From: Sphingobacteriales bacterium
GTDB lineage: Bacteria > Bacteroidota > Bacteroidia > Chitinophagales > JADIYW01
Length of the DNA: 32,897 nt
Assembly (NCBI GenBank): GCA_031414515.1
Contig: JANNVS010000197.1
Span: forward strand, 1 to 32,897
Reading direction: 5' to 3'
Of the stretch, positions 9,952 through 19,306 are shown one piece after another. Under the pieces are notes generated by a model. That model was given only the letters and a program-made list of their open reading frames with translations, searched no databases and was not told the origin of the DNA. Numbering within the stretch: position 1 is the stretch's first letter; the number at the start of each line of letters is the position of its first letter. Both the position numbers and the translations under genes were made by a program.

Positions 9952-10692
9952 ATGATTAGCATAATTCAGGAATTTGCAGCAAAAATAATACTTGGTTTTT
10001 TTGATTACTTAGTTAGTAAGTTTACTGCAAACAAACCCATTCTAACGGAGACAGATATACCATTCTACAAAACTTTAATTGATAATCGCACTATATTTTT
10101 AAGTGAATATCTGGCTATGGCTGAAACAAAAAATATTAACGATATTAAAAATTTTTATAAAATAAAAAAAGACATAAATGAAGATGATAAATGGAAAGCA
10201 GAGCCACTTATACTATACAACTATGTATTTAAAGAAAATGCGGCGAAATGCCCAAAAACCTTTGATCTTGTAAGTCAAATTCCAGGATGTTGTGCTGCCA
10301 TGTATTCTATATTAGAACCTGGAAAATATATTCCACCACATAAAGGAATCTATAAAGGAATTTACAGGTGTTTATTTACCTTACAGTTAAAAGAAGAAAA
10401 TGCAGATTGCTGGATACGTGTAAATGAAGTGAAAACCCCTTTTAAAGAAGGTGAGTTGATTATTTTTGATGAAACCGCAGAGCATGAAGTCAAAAATGCA
10501 TCTTCCGTAGACAGAGTTGCATTATACTTAGACATATACAGAAAATTGCCATTTCCACTCAATATCTACAATAGAGTTATATATTATATCATCCAGAAAT
10601 CTCCATTCGTACAAAATATATTAAAAGAGTATAAGAAACTAGAAAATAGCACCATTGTTCCTTTTAAATCAATCAACCCAATTTTAAAGTAA
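9952..10692 (+). CDS. Aspartyl/asparaginyl beta-hydroxylase (AspH/LpxO-like) Fe/2OG oxygenase
   Basis: CPKT, SILEPGKYIPPHKG, EGELIIFDETAEHEVKN, DRVALYLD, RKLPFPL. Confidence 0.85.
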   Translation: MISIIQEFAAKIILGFFDYLVSKFTANKPILTETDIPFYKTLIDNRTIFLSEYLAMAETKNINDIKNFYKIKKDINEDDKWKAEPLILYNYVFKENAAKCPKTFDLVSQIPGCCAAMYSILEPGKYIPPHKGIYKGIYRCLFTLQLKEENADCWIRVNEVKTPFKEGELIIFDETAEHEVKNASSVDRVALYLDIYRKLPFPLNIYNRVIYYIIQKSPFVQNILKEYKKLENSTIVPFKSINPILK

Positions 10693-10726
10693 ATAAATAA
10701 TTGAATCTGAAATTACAACGCTTTGA

Positions 10727-11704
10727 TTATTTATTAGAAAGTATAGAATCTTCTTTCTTAATTCTTTTGGCAAAGAAACTATAAAATAGAAATGGCCTTG
10801 TAGATAAAAAAAGCAAAAAGGTAAGCATTTTAGTAGATTTAAATGCTGAAGATAAATTTGCAAATTTATAGGCAATACCAATGGAATCTGATTTATTCTC
10901 TACATAATGCCAGTAGAATGGTGGTACTATCAATTCATCTCCGGGTTCCATAAGAACTTCATACTTTCTGGCAAAGTCGCCAATTTTATGCTCTTTATTT
11001 TCTGCATTTGGAATGTACGTGCTGAAAAAGTAAGGACGACGTTCTGTTATCGCATCTAAAAAAATTCTGTCTTCTGGAGAATAAATTATCCATTTTTTTA
11101 TACCGTGTATCTGAATATAAATAGTAGTAGGAAATTCATTGTGCATTGGTGTAATTGTTTCCTTGCCACCTATAAACATAAAAAAAGTTTCACCAAAAGA
11201 AAATTTCTTTTTAAAACTTCTTAACCAATTGAGGTCAAGGTCTTCTTGAATGCTTTTTTCTTTTTGTGCTAGTCCAGATAATTTTAAATATTTACGACTT
11301 CCTTTCTCTAATTCTTCTAAATACTCTTTTAAAAGAATAGTTTCTGCCTGTTGTGGTGCATTTGGATCTACAATGCCTTTAGTTGTATTTATCTCTACTG
11401 CTCTGTCACCATAAGTTTCTTTAAAATAATTTAGGTTCCATTTTTTGTAAGCAGGCCAGTCTTTCGCTAACCCTTTATATAAAAGATGTTGATTTGGATT
11501 TTTTATAACTTCGGTGCCGACTATTTCATTCGTTTGCAAATTTGTATCGATTTTTTTTTCAATAAGATCATTATAAATTTCATCCATTAATTTCTTTTTT
11601 GCGCTGTTTGGTTTATTAAAAAAATCAGCACCTAAAAAGTGTTCGGTGAAAAATAATAGGTTGTATTTTAACCAGTGATTACATTTTAAAAAAGAAGGTT
11701 TCAT
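10727..11704 (-). CDS. JmjC / cupin-like (Cupin_8) Fe/2OG hydroxylase
   Basis: WPAYKKWN, FIGG...TPMHNE (HxE), QIHGIKKW, MEPGDELIVPPFYWHYVEN. Confidence 0.85.
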   Translation of the reverse strand: MKPSFLKCNHWLKYNLLFFTEHFLGADFFNKPNSAKKKLMDEIYNDLIEKKIDTNLQTNEIVGTEVIKNPNQHLLYKGLAKDWPAYKKWNLNYFKETYGDRAVEINTTKGIVDPNAPQQAETILLKEYLEELEKGSRKYLKLSGLAQKEKSIQEDLDLNWLRSFKKKFSFGETFFMFIGGKETITPMHNEFPTTIYIQIHGIKKWIIYSPEDRIFLDAITERRPYFFSTYIPNAENKEHKIGDFARKYEVLMEPGDELIVPPFYWHYVENKSDSIGIAYKFANLSSAFKSTKMLTFLLFLSTRPFLFYSFFAKRIKKEDSILSNK

Positions 11705-11871
11705 TTACGGAGTTTTTAATTTAATGCATCTTTTTTAACAACTTTATATAGGTTAAGTACTAAATAGTACAATTTGCCTATTTTAGAGCGCAAAATAAAT
11801 TTTTTTACCTGCACAATAATACTTAATTTTAATTACTTTAGTAAAAAGACTTAAGTTTTTAATAGAATTTT

Positions 11872-13464
11872 ATGAATATATCTTTTGTCTCTTCAGGATC
11901 TGAGCAATTAGCCATTACTTTATTGGCGAATATGGCTAAACAAAGAGGTCATCAGGTAGATCTTGCTTTTAGTGCCGCTTTATTTAAAGATTTTAAAATA
12001 AAATTTCTGGTTAATTTATTTGATGATACCAACTTAGTAATAGATAAGTTAAAAATGCAAGAACCGGATATTGTTGCCTTTTCTTGTTTAACACAATCCT
12101 ACCAATGGATGTTAGGTATTGCAAGAGAAATTAAGAAAATTTATCCTGATGTAATTACCATTTTTGGTGGTGTACATGTTTCGGCTGTACCAGAAGTTGC
12201 ATTAAAAAACAAAGAAGTAGATTATGTGGTCGTTGGTGAAGGAGAAGATGCCTTTTTCGATATTATAAGCGCAATTGAAGAAAATGATTTTTATAGAACT
12301 ATACCTAATACAAGATATATAAATCCAGACGGAAAAATTGTAAGAGGAGATCAAAAGGGATTTAAACAGGAATTAGATACATTGCCTTTTTTTACCAAAG
12401 AATTGTGGGAAAAAGATACCATAGTAACAGATAATTTTATTACCATGGCATCCAGAGGTTGTCCGTACAGATGTACATTTTGTTTCAATAATTTTTTTGC
12501 TGATTTACCTGATAATACTAAAACTAAAGGCAAGTATGTGAGAACACGTAGCGTAGATCATGTCATAAATGAACTCTTATTCAGTAAGAATTTATTAAAG
12601 AATATAAAGTATATAGATTTTCAAGATGATATATTTACGGTGAATAAACCTTGGTTACAAGAATTTTTAATAAGATATAAAGCAGAAATTAATATTCCTT
12701 TTCAATGTTTGACACATCCAAAATATATAGATGATGAAGTAGCAGGTTGGCTGAAAGATGCAGGCTGTGTATGGACACAAATTGGGATTCAAACAATGGA
12801 CGATGAATTCAAAAATGGAAGTTTGAGGAGATATGAAAAATCTAGTCATATAGAAAAGGCGTTGTCCGCTATGTTGAAAGTTGGGTTAAAAGTAAAGGCT
12901 GATCATATGCTGGCATTACCAGGTGAGCCATTGGAAGCACAGGAAAATGCACGGAAATTATATGCAGAAAATTGTCCAACCAGAATCCAAAGTTTTTGGA
13001 CCTGCTTTTTGCCAGGTACCGAAATGTTAAAAGATGCAATAAAAGATGGCGTTGTTTCTAAAGAACAGGAAGAAAGATTAAATAATGGAATTGATTTTTT
13101 CTTTTTTAATAATCCAGATAATATAAAGGATATAAAACTGATAAAATATTATGAAAATTATCTGTTATTATTTAAATTGTATCCATTATTGCCAAGATTT
13201 ATTAGAAAGAGATTGCTTTCTAATCACGTTAGTTTCATTCCATCTTCAACGAAAAGAATTTTAGGCATGTTTGTAGATTTTATAAATGCTATTGTAAATC
13301 AAAATCCTGAATTAATGGCATATATGAAGTATACTTTCTATCATTCATATATCATATTGTTTAAAAAATTTAAGAAAATTATAAATCAAAATCCGTTAGT
13401 TCCAGTTCAAAAAAACAATATTAATAGGAGAGAAAGTAAGAAGCCTGTCTATCAGAATTCTTAA
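11872..13464 (+). CDS. Cobalamin-binding radical SAM protein
   Basis: PDIVAFS, GGVH, GEGE, SRGCPYRCTFC, FQDDIF, LPGE. Confidence 0.9.
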   Translation: MNISFVSSGSEQLAITLLANMAKQRGHQVDLAFSAALFKDFKIKFLVNLFDDTNLVIDKLKMQEPDIVAFSCLTQSYQWMLGIAREIKKIYPDVITIFGGVHVSAVPEVALKNKEVDYVVVGEGEDAFFDIISAIEENDFYRTIPNTRYINPDGKIVRGDQKGFKQELDTLPFFTKELWEKDTIVTDNFITMASRGCPYRCTFCFNNFFADLPDNTKTKGKYVRTRSVDHVINELLFSKNLLKNIKYIDFQDDIFTVNKPWLQEFLIRYKAEINIPFQCLTHPKYIDDEVAGWLKDAGCVWTQIGIQTMDDEFKNGSLRRYEKSSHIEKALSAMLKVGLKVKADHMLALPGEPLEAQENARKLYAENCPTRIQSFWTCFLPGTEMLKDAIKDGVVSKEQEERLNNGIDFFFFNNPDNIKDIKLIKYYENYLLLFKLYPLLPRFIRKRLLSNHVSFIPSSTKRILGMFVDFINAIVNQNPELMAYMKYTFYHSYIILFKKFKKIINQNPLVPVQKNNINRRESKKPVYQNS

Positions 13465-13542
13465 TATTATAAGTCTTATCTTTCAATTTAATTTTTTGGT
13501 CAAACTGATTTTATTTATTGTAAAAAAAGTTCTCCGCAAGTA

Positions 13543-15177
13543 ATGATGAAAACCTTACAATTTTACCTAAAGCCTTTAATTGCAATAACGCTTATAAATC
13601 TGCTTTTTTTTTATTTTTTTGGAATATACTTCGATACCTATGAAGGAATGATAAGCAGTATTCTTCAGTGTACCTATTCCGCATCTATAACAAATTGGTG
13701 GGATTCAAATATTCATTTCTTATTGCTATACGTTTACGAACAAATATCACTTTTGATACCTGAATACAATGTTTATGGAGTCATATTGATTTTTTATAAT
13801 TTTTCTTCACTTACACTTTTAGGGTTAATCTTGTACAGAATTTTAGTGGTGAATTTAGAAGTAAAGAATTTATCATTTTTTTTGCTTTTGTACGCCATTC
13901 TATCAATAGATAATTTTGTAAATATCAATACAACGAGACAAGCATTTGTATTGATAACGGCGATTCTGGTTTTTATAGAATCAAGAAGATTTGAACATAA
14001 ATTAATTAATAGAAAAGAATGGCTGCTGCTTGTAATACTAATGATTTTTGCTAGTTTATTAAGGTTTGAAGCAGTTCTCCTGTTTTCATCAATTTATATA
14101 GTACTGTTATTAATTTACAGACGATTAATTTTTTCGTCATTGTTGTCATTCCTGATTAGTGGTATAATCTTTATTATTTTTACTTTTCTAATATCAAATT
14201 ATTCTTCAGAGGCAAAAAAAGTATTTACATATAAGGAAAAAGAAATTATTGTCAGAAATAATATAGATATTAATCGCTTGTCAGAAAAACAATTATTGGA
14301 AATTCAGTTACTTAAAGATTACTATATCGCAGATGAAATTCATTACAAACTAAGTTTCTATGATGCTATCAGTAAATACCCTTTCACCAATGGAATCCTT
14401 AGTATTTTTGATGGTATAAGATTGGATTATTTTTTGAATACACTTAAAATGTCACAGACAGATATTGTTGCATCGTGGTGTTATATCTTGTTTTACTTTT
14501 TATCAGGTATATTGCTGCTGTTTAAGAATAAATTTAAGAAAAGGCAGTTTTTATATCATTACACTTTTTTGTTCAGTATGCCGTTTCTTCTTTGTTTGCA
14601 TTCAATAGTACCATTACGATTTCTGATTCCTTTTTTCTCAATCGCTGGATGTCTTAACATAATTATTTATTTTAATTTATTTTATTTTGACAAGCGTATT
14701 ATGATGGCCTGTTTATTGTTTTGCTTATTGCTTATCTACAACGCATACAATACTAAAAAGAAGTATCAGTATGCAGAAAGAAAATATATAGAAGTAACAA
14801 AAAAACTATTGAATCTTGATAATAAGCAACATGCTTTAAATCCAATCATCATTTATCAAAATTTTCCAAATAATTATTTTCCAGTACAACCACATTTGAA
14901 ATTGCAAAAACAACATGCATTATTTTTTAATTTTTATTTATTTAGTTCGGATGAACAATATGTAAAAGGATGGTCTCAGGTTTGTGATTGTAATTCTTTG
15001 TCTATGAAAGAAAAAATGGATTATATGGTCAAAAATCAGAATCTATTTTTAGTAGACGAGAAAACATTTGATTTCCTTAAAACTTATTTTCTTACGATTT
15101 ATAATACTCGGCTAACCAAGACAACTATTAGTGATTTTGATAAAAAACTTATTGTTTGTAAAGTAAACTATGAATAG
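13543..15177 (+). CDS. Polytopic membrane protein, paralog family A copy 3 (putative GT-C-fold)
   Basis: FYLKPLI, WDSNIHFLL, YNVYG, SIDNFVN, LLRFEA, PLRFLIP, NYFPV, KQHALF, CDC. Confidence 0.6.
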   Translation: MMKTLQFYLKPLIAITLINLLFFYFFGIYFDTYEGMISSILQCTYSASITNWWDSNIHFLLLYVYEQISLLIPEYNVYGVILIFYNFSSLTLLGLILYRILVVNLEVKNLSFFLLLYAILSIDNFVNINTTRQAFVLITAILVFIESRRFEHKLINRKEWLLLVILMIFASLLRFEAVLLFSSIYIVLLLIYRRLIFSSLLSFLISGIIFIIFTFLISNYSSEAKKVFTYKEKEIIVRNNIDINRLSEKQLLEIQLLKDYYIADEIHYKLSFYDAISKYPFTNGILSIFDGIRLDYFLNTLKMSQTDIVASWCYILFYFLSGILLLFKNKFKKRQFLYHYTFLFSMPFLLCLHSIVPLRFLIPFFSIAGCLNIIIYFNLFYFDKRIMMACLLFCLLLIYNAYNTKKKYQYAERKYIEVTKKLLNLDNKQHALNPIIIYQNFPNNYFPVQPHLKLQKQHALFFNFYLFSSDEQYVKGWSQVCDCNSLSMKEKMDYMVKNQNLFLVDEKTFDFLKTYFLTIYNTRLTKTTISDFDKKLIVCKVNYE

Positions 15178-15197
15178 ATTGTCTTTTAATTATTTTA

Positions 15198-15484
15198 ACC
15201 CATTGTGCGGTTTAGATAATATATTTTTGCAAAAAAAAATGTCAAAAGGTATAGTTTTGCAGATTGCAAAGAAGCGTAGGCTGTCAAAAATCGCCAGCAA
15301 AGCGTTGGCATTGAAGTTTAGCGCGTTATTTTTGACTTGAAATACAAAGTATTCACGAACACAATTATAATATAATATTTGAGTAATTTTTTGTTTCTTT
15401 TTTTATCAAGAAAAAAAGATAGGCAAAGTACAAGAAAAAAAGATAAATAGTATCAGAAATAGAAAATTAAATCGCACAACAGGT
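15198..15484. mobile_element. MITE-like non-autonomous insertion (287 bp) with IS982-like ends
   Basis: Imperfect terminal inverted repeats ACCCATTGTGCGGTTTA (15198-15214) and TAAATCGCACAACAGGT (15468-15484), 14/17 match, flanked by a perfect 8-bp direct repeat TTATTTTA (15190-15197, 15485-15492). No ORF is listed inside. Confidence 0.7.
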
Positions 15485-15603
15485 TTATTTTAATTAATAT
15501 TCAACCTTACTACTTAAAGATTCTTTGTTATTTATCAATAACATTATTTATGTGTTTGCGTATTTTTTGTCTAAAATTTCTTTATTTTTACAATATAGAT
15601 AAT

Positions 15604-16731
15604 ATGTATTTTAACATTCCATATACTTGCAACGAAAGTCACGATAATATTAAAAATCTGATTGAGCATCCAGAATTAGTGAATGAAGGTGTTTTTATCG
15701 GAAAATGCAAATTATGGTTCGAAGATAACTATCCAGGTTATACAGCATTTATTACTACTTCAGCTACAAGAGCACTGGAATTAATAGCAGTAAGTTTAAA
15801 TTTATCTTCAGAAGATGAAATTATTTTATCACCATTTACATATGTTGGTGTTGGAAACGCTTTTTCTAATTATGGTGCAAAATTGGTATATGTAGATATT
15901 GAAAAGCAAACGATGAATATCGATGCGTCACTTATTGAAGCTGCTATTACGAAACAAACAAAAGCTGTTATTGCTATGCACTATGCTGCAATTCCTTGCG
16001 AATTGGAAAAAATAAAAAGCATTTGTAAGAAGTATAATCTGATACTCATTGAAGACAATGCGCAAGGAATGCAGGCATTTTACAATAACCAACGATTAGG
16101 AAGCTTCGGTGATTTTTCTTGTTTTAGTTTTGATATACTTAAGAATATATCCTGTAACGAAGGAGGTGTTTTGTTGTGTAAAAATGAATGGTTAGACGCC
16201 GTTGATATAGCTTATAGCATTGGAACAAATAAAACTGCATTTTCAAAAGGCTTGGTCGATAAGTATGAATGGATTAGTAAAGGTTCAAAATTTGGAATGT
16301 CAGAATATACTGCAGCTGTGTTATATCCATTACTGGAAAAAAGTGCAATAATAACTGAAGAAAGAAAAAAAATATGGCTTTCGTTATATGATAAAATTAA
16401 AAATGAAGAACAGCTAAGAAAATTTATTCCACAGATAATGTTAAGTACTGACCACAATGGACATATTGCCTATCTTATGTTCGAGAATCAACCACAACGA
16501 TATAATGTAATGAATTATTTAAATAATAATGGTATTCCTTGTTCCTTTCATTATGTTCCATTAGATGATTCTGTAAACGGAAGAAAGAATACAGCAAACA
16601 AAAATGTTTGTGAAATATCATTACAACAAAGCAACTGTTTATTGCGATTACCTATGCATAATTATCTTACGGAGATTGAACAATCAAAAATAGTAACAAT
16701 TTTAATGGAAGCTATTCAAAAAAATAGCTAG
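15604..16731 (+). CDS. wecE: DegT/DnrJ family PLP aminotransferase, WecE/RffA (dTDP-4-amino-4,6-dideoxygalactose transaminase)-like
   Basis: MYFNIPY start (more likely than 15550), TTSATRALE, HYA, IEDNAQG, SF...KNISCNEGG with catalytic Lys, WecE-like GTN...F..G.VDKYEW..KGS, FHYVPL, LLRLP. Confidence 0.75.
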   Translation: MYFNIPYTCNESHDNIKNLIEHPELVNEGVFIGKCKLWFEDNYPGYTAFITTSATRALELIAVSLNLSSEDEIILSPFTYVGVGNAFSNYGAKLVYVDIEKQTMNIDASLIEAAITKQTKAVIAMHYAAIPCELEKIKSICKKYNLILIEDNAQGMQAFYNNQRLGSFGDFSCFSFDILKNISCNEGGVLLCKNEWLDAVDIAYSIGTNKTAFSKGLVDKYEWISKGSKFGMSEYTAAVLYPLLEKSAIITEERKKIWLSLYDKIKNEEQLRKFIPQIMLSTDHNGHIAYLMFENQPQRYNVMNYLNNNGIPCSFHYVPLDDSVNGRKNTANKNVCEISLQQSNCLLRLPMHNYLTEIEQSKIVTILMEAIQKNS

Positions 16732-18239
16732 GTTTTTTGTGGAGTTTTATGTGTATAAAACTGTGCTTTTCCTTGTGCAATGGTTTCTGATACAGGATTA
16801 ATCTTTTTTCTATATTGACTTTGTATCCACAGTTGTATATATTGTACTAATTGTCTAGGAGAAACATCGTGGTATTTTATTAAATAGTATAAATAATATA
16901 ATCCAAAAACACCATCCAGTATTTTTTTAGACCATGTTTGCCTAGCAAGCCAGACTAAAGGTCTTTTTAGAATTGGAAAAGCAACAGTTAAGCCAAAGAT
17001 TCTTTGAATGTTTATTACTTTCTGTAATTCAACGTCATTATTATTATATCTATCATAAAAAGAAAAGCCTAAATCATCTGCAACAGTTTCTGTAAAATAT
17101 TTATGTTCAACACCATAATCTTTAAGTTTAGTTTCTGCATAAGGCTGATAAACATAGCAGTTCGCATATTCAGGTTTTAAGAGAATATTTAATTCCAATG
17201 TTTCTAAGGCCATTTCATACGTTTCACCAGGAAGCCCAATCATATTCATGCTAACATATCTAATTCCGTATTTTCTGGATAGCTCGGCAGATTTGATGAT
17301 ATCACTATTTTTAACTTCTCTACTTAAAACTGTATTTCTATATTCTTCGTTACCACATTCCACCGCTAACCCGAGAATAGAATGATTGGTTTTACTCAAT
17401 TCTGCAACATACTTTTCGTCTACAAATCGTTCAATGCGTATTGCACCAGCCCATTTTATTTTAGGTTCAATGGAAGATAATTTTCCGAGTATATCTAATG
17501 TACGTGTTCTGTTATTACCAAAATGATCTTCCACAAAATGTACGATGGATTTCTTAGGAGAAAATGCAATACATTCATTCAATTCTAAAATAATATTTTC
17601 AGCACTACGTTGTCGTACAAATTTCCCAAGTCCATCAAAAATTTCTTTTGCTTTTGGAATAAAACAATAAGCACAAGTATATGGACAACCTCTACTGCCT
17701 AAAATAGGTAACATATTTCTGTCTTCTATACTTGGATATTTCCAATACATCTGTCTGTCAGGAAATGGAAGACTATCTAAATCATCAATCAACTTTGACA
17801 TTGGAGTTTTAATAATATTTCCTTTTTCATCTTTAAACCATAGTCCTACAATCTTAGTGTCAATACAGCCATTATCAATGGAATCACATAACTCTTTCAT
17901 CGCTATTTCACCTTCACCTGTGCAGATAATATCTATGGAATCCCATTTTATTACAGCCGTTGGACTGGAATAAACATGAACGCCACCAAAAACTATAGGA
18001 ATATGACCAAATTTCTTTTTAATTTCTCTAGACAAACTCAAAGCCCATTTAAAACTACCAGATAAAGTAGAAAACCCTATAAGGTCTGGCTTTTCTACAT
18101 CAATTTTTTGAAGTATATCATTTTCTAATGATTCTATAAATACATCACAGGAATGATTGTGTTTTTTTAAATAGGCACTAATATGCATCACACCCATATA
18201 TTCGTATGCAATATCTTGTATGAAAATAACCTTTGCCAT
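16728..18239 (-). CDS. Cobalamin-binding radical SAM protein
   Basis: PDLIGFS, GGVH, GEGE, SRGCPYTCAYC, MIGLPGET. Confidence 0.9.
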   Translation of the reverse strand: MAKVIFIQDIAYEYMGVMHISAYLKKHNHSCDVFIESLENDILQKIDVEKPDLIGFSTLSGSFKWALSLSREIKKKFGHIPIVFGGVHVYSSPTAVIKWDSIDIICTGEGEIAMKELCDSIDNGCIDTKIVGLWFKDEKGNIIKTPMSKLIDDLDSLPFPDRQMYWKYPSIEDRNMLPILGSRGCPYTCAYCFIPKAKEIFDGLGKFVRQRSAENIILELNECIAFSPKKSIVHFVEDHFGNNRTRTLDILGKLSSIEPKIKWAGAIRIERFVDEKYVAELSKTNHSILGLAVECGNEEYRNTVLSREVKNSDIIKSAELSRKYGIRYVSMNMIGLPGETYEMALETLELNILLKPEYANCYVYQPYAETKLKDYGVEHKYFTETVADDLGFSFYDRYNNNDVELQKVINIQRIFGLTVAFPILKRPLVWLARQTWSKKILDGVFGLYYLYYLIKYHDVSPRQLVQYIQLWIQSQYRKKINPVSETIAQGKAQFYTHKTPQKT

Positions 18240-18383
18240 AATTTTAATAAATTATTAACAATTAAAGATATAAGAATAATTGGAAATATACTTGGTTTAT
18301 TTTTTATAAGTCGGATTATTTTACTAACTATTCGCCAAAATAACACTGTTCAAGTATTCAACTAAATATTTTACCTTTATCAT

Positions 18384-19268
18384 ATGGATTATTCAATAGT
18401 TATTCCAGTTTATAACAGTAGTAAAACATTACCAATTCTTCTGGATGAATTGATAGCTGTCATGAATAAGATAAATAAGGAATTTGAGTTGGTGTTTGTA
18501 GATGATTGCAGCACTGATAATAGTTGGGAAATTCTTAAATCCATTAAATCCGGTAATAAAAATATAAAAATTATCAGGCTGGCAAATAATACTGGACAAT
18601 GGATGGCAACATTAGCAGGAATACGAAAATCGAAAGGAAAGCTAATCGTTACGATGGATGATGATTTGGAATATGATACAAATGACATAGAGCTACTTAT
18701 TTCTGAATATCATAAAAATGATTTTTATTTAATTTATGGGATTCCAACCGAGAAAAAAAATAAAGATTTGTTTTATAAGTTATTTTTTAAAATCAGAGAC
18801 CGTTTTTTGCGAATTTTCTTTGATAAAATCCAAACTGAAAGTTTCAAGATATTCAAAAGGGAAATCTATTTTAATGAAGATGGAAAAATGTTATCGCATC
18901 TTCATTTTGAAGCATATACAAAGTTTACGGTTGCAAATAGATATACAGGTCACGTTGAGGTGAATTATAGAAGCAGGTACTTTGGGAATTCAAATCATAC
19001 TCTATTAATGAAGACAAGAATAATGATAAAATATGGAATAGAATATTATAAATCTCCATTTAAATATCCACTTTATTTAATGTTTCTGCTTATAATATTT
19101 TATTTTTTAGCGATCTATTTTAAGTTTAATGAGGAATTAATATTAATTGCTAAATTCTTCATTTTTATGTCTTGTCTGTTAATCATCGGAATATTGGGAA
19201 AATATTTATCCAGTCTATATTTTAAACTAAAGGGTTTACCTGAGTATGTTGTAATTGAAGAGTTTTGA
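18384..19268 (+). CDS. GT2 polyprenol-phosphate glycosyltransferase, ArnC/GtrB-like
   Basis: SIVIPVYN, VDDCSTD, NTGQ, TMDDDL, RYFGNS, two C-terminal TM helices with GKYL and P.YVVIEE. Confidence 0.85.
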   Translation: MDYSIVIPVYNSSKTLPILLDELIAVMNKINKEFELVFVDDCSTDNSWEILKSIKSGNKNIKIIRLANNTGQWMATLAGIRKSKGKLIVTMDDDLEYDTNDIELLISEYHKNDFYLIYGIPTEKKNKDLFYKLFFKIRDRFLRIFFDKIQTESFKIFKREIYFNEDGKMLSHLHFEAYTKFTVANRYTGHVEVNYRSRYFGNSNHTLLMKTRIMIKYGIEYYKSPFKYPLYLMFLLIIFYFLAIYFKFNEELILIAKFFIFMSCLLIIGILGKYLSSLYFKLKGLPEYVVIEEF

Positions 19269-19275
19269 TATAATT

Positions 19276-19306
19276 AAGTACTATTTCACAGTAGTACTTT
19301 TCTTTA
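19276..19306 (+). terminator. Possible weak intrinsic terminator after the GT2 gene
   Basis: AAGTACTA-8 nt-TAGTACTT hairpin followed by a T-rich run at a convergent junction; the stem is AT-rich and overlaps the opposite gene's end. Confidence 0.25.

Noticed and set aside
11757-11770. Palindrome GTACTA-AA-TAGTAC between the divergent JmjC and radical SAM genes
   Set aside because: It is short and AT-rich with no convincing second copy in another promoter, so it cannot be distinguished from chance.
15550-15603. N-terminal extension MCLRIFCLKFLYFYNIDN of the aminotransferase
   Set aside because: Family resemblance begins at MYFNIPY (ATG 15604); the upstream stretch looks like AT-rich promoter DNA.
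1-18239. RiPP cluster interpretation (radical SAMs plus hydroxylases)
   Set aside because: No credible precursor peptide, RRE/SPASM domain, peptidase or peptide exporter is seen; the context is glycosylation and lipid modification.
1-18239. Naming the radical SAMs bchE, hpnJ or hpnP
   Set aside because: No photosynthesis or hopanoid genes are in the window, and motifs alone cannot assign a subfamily.
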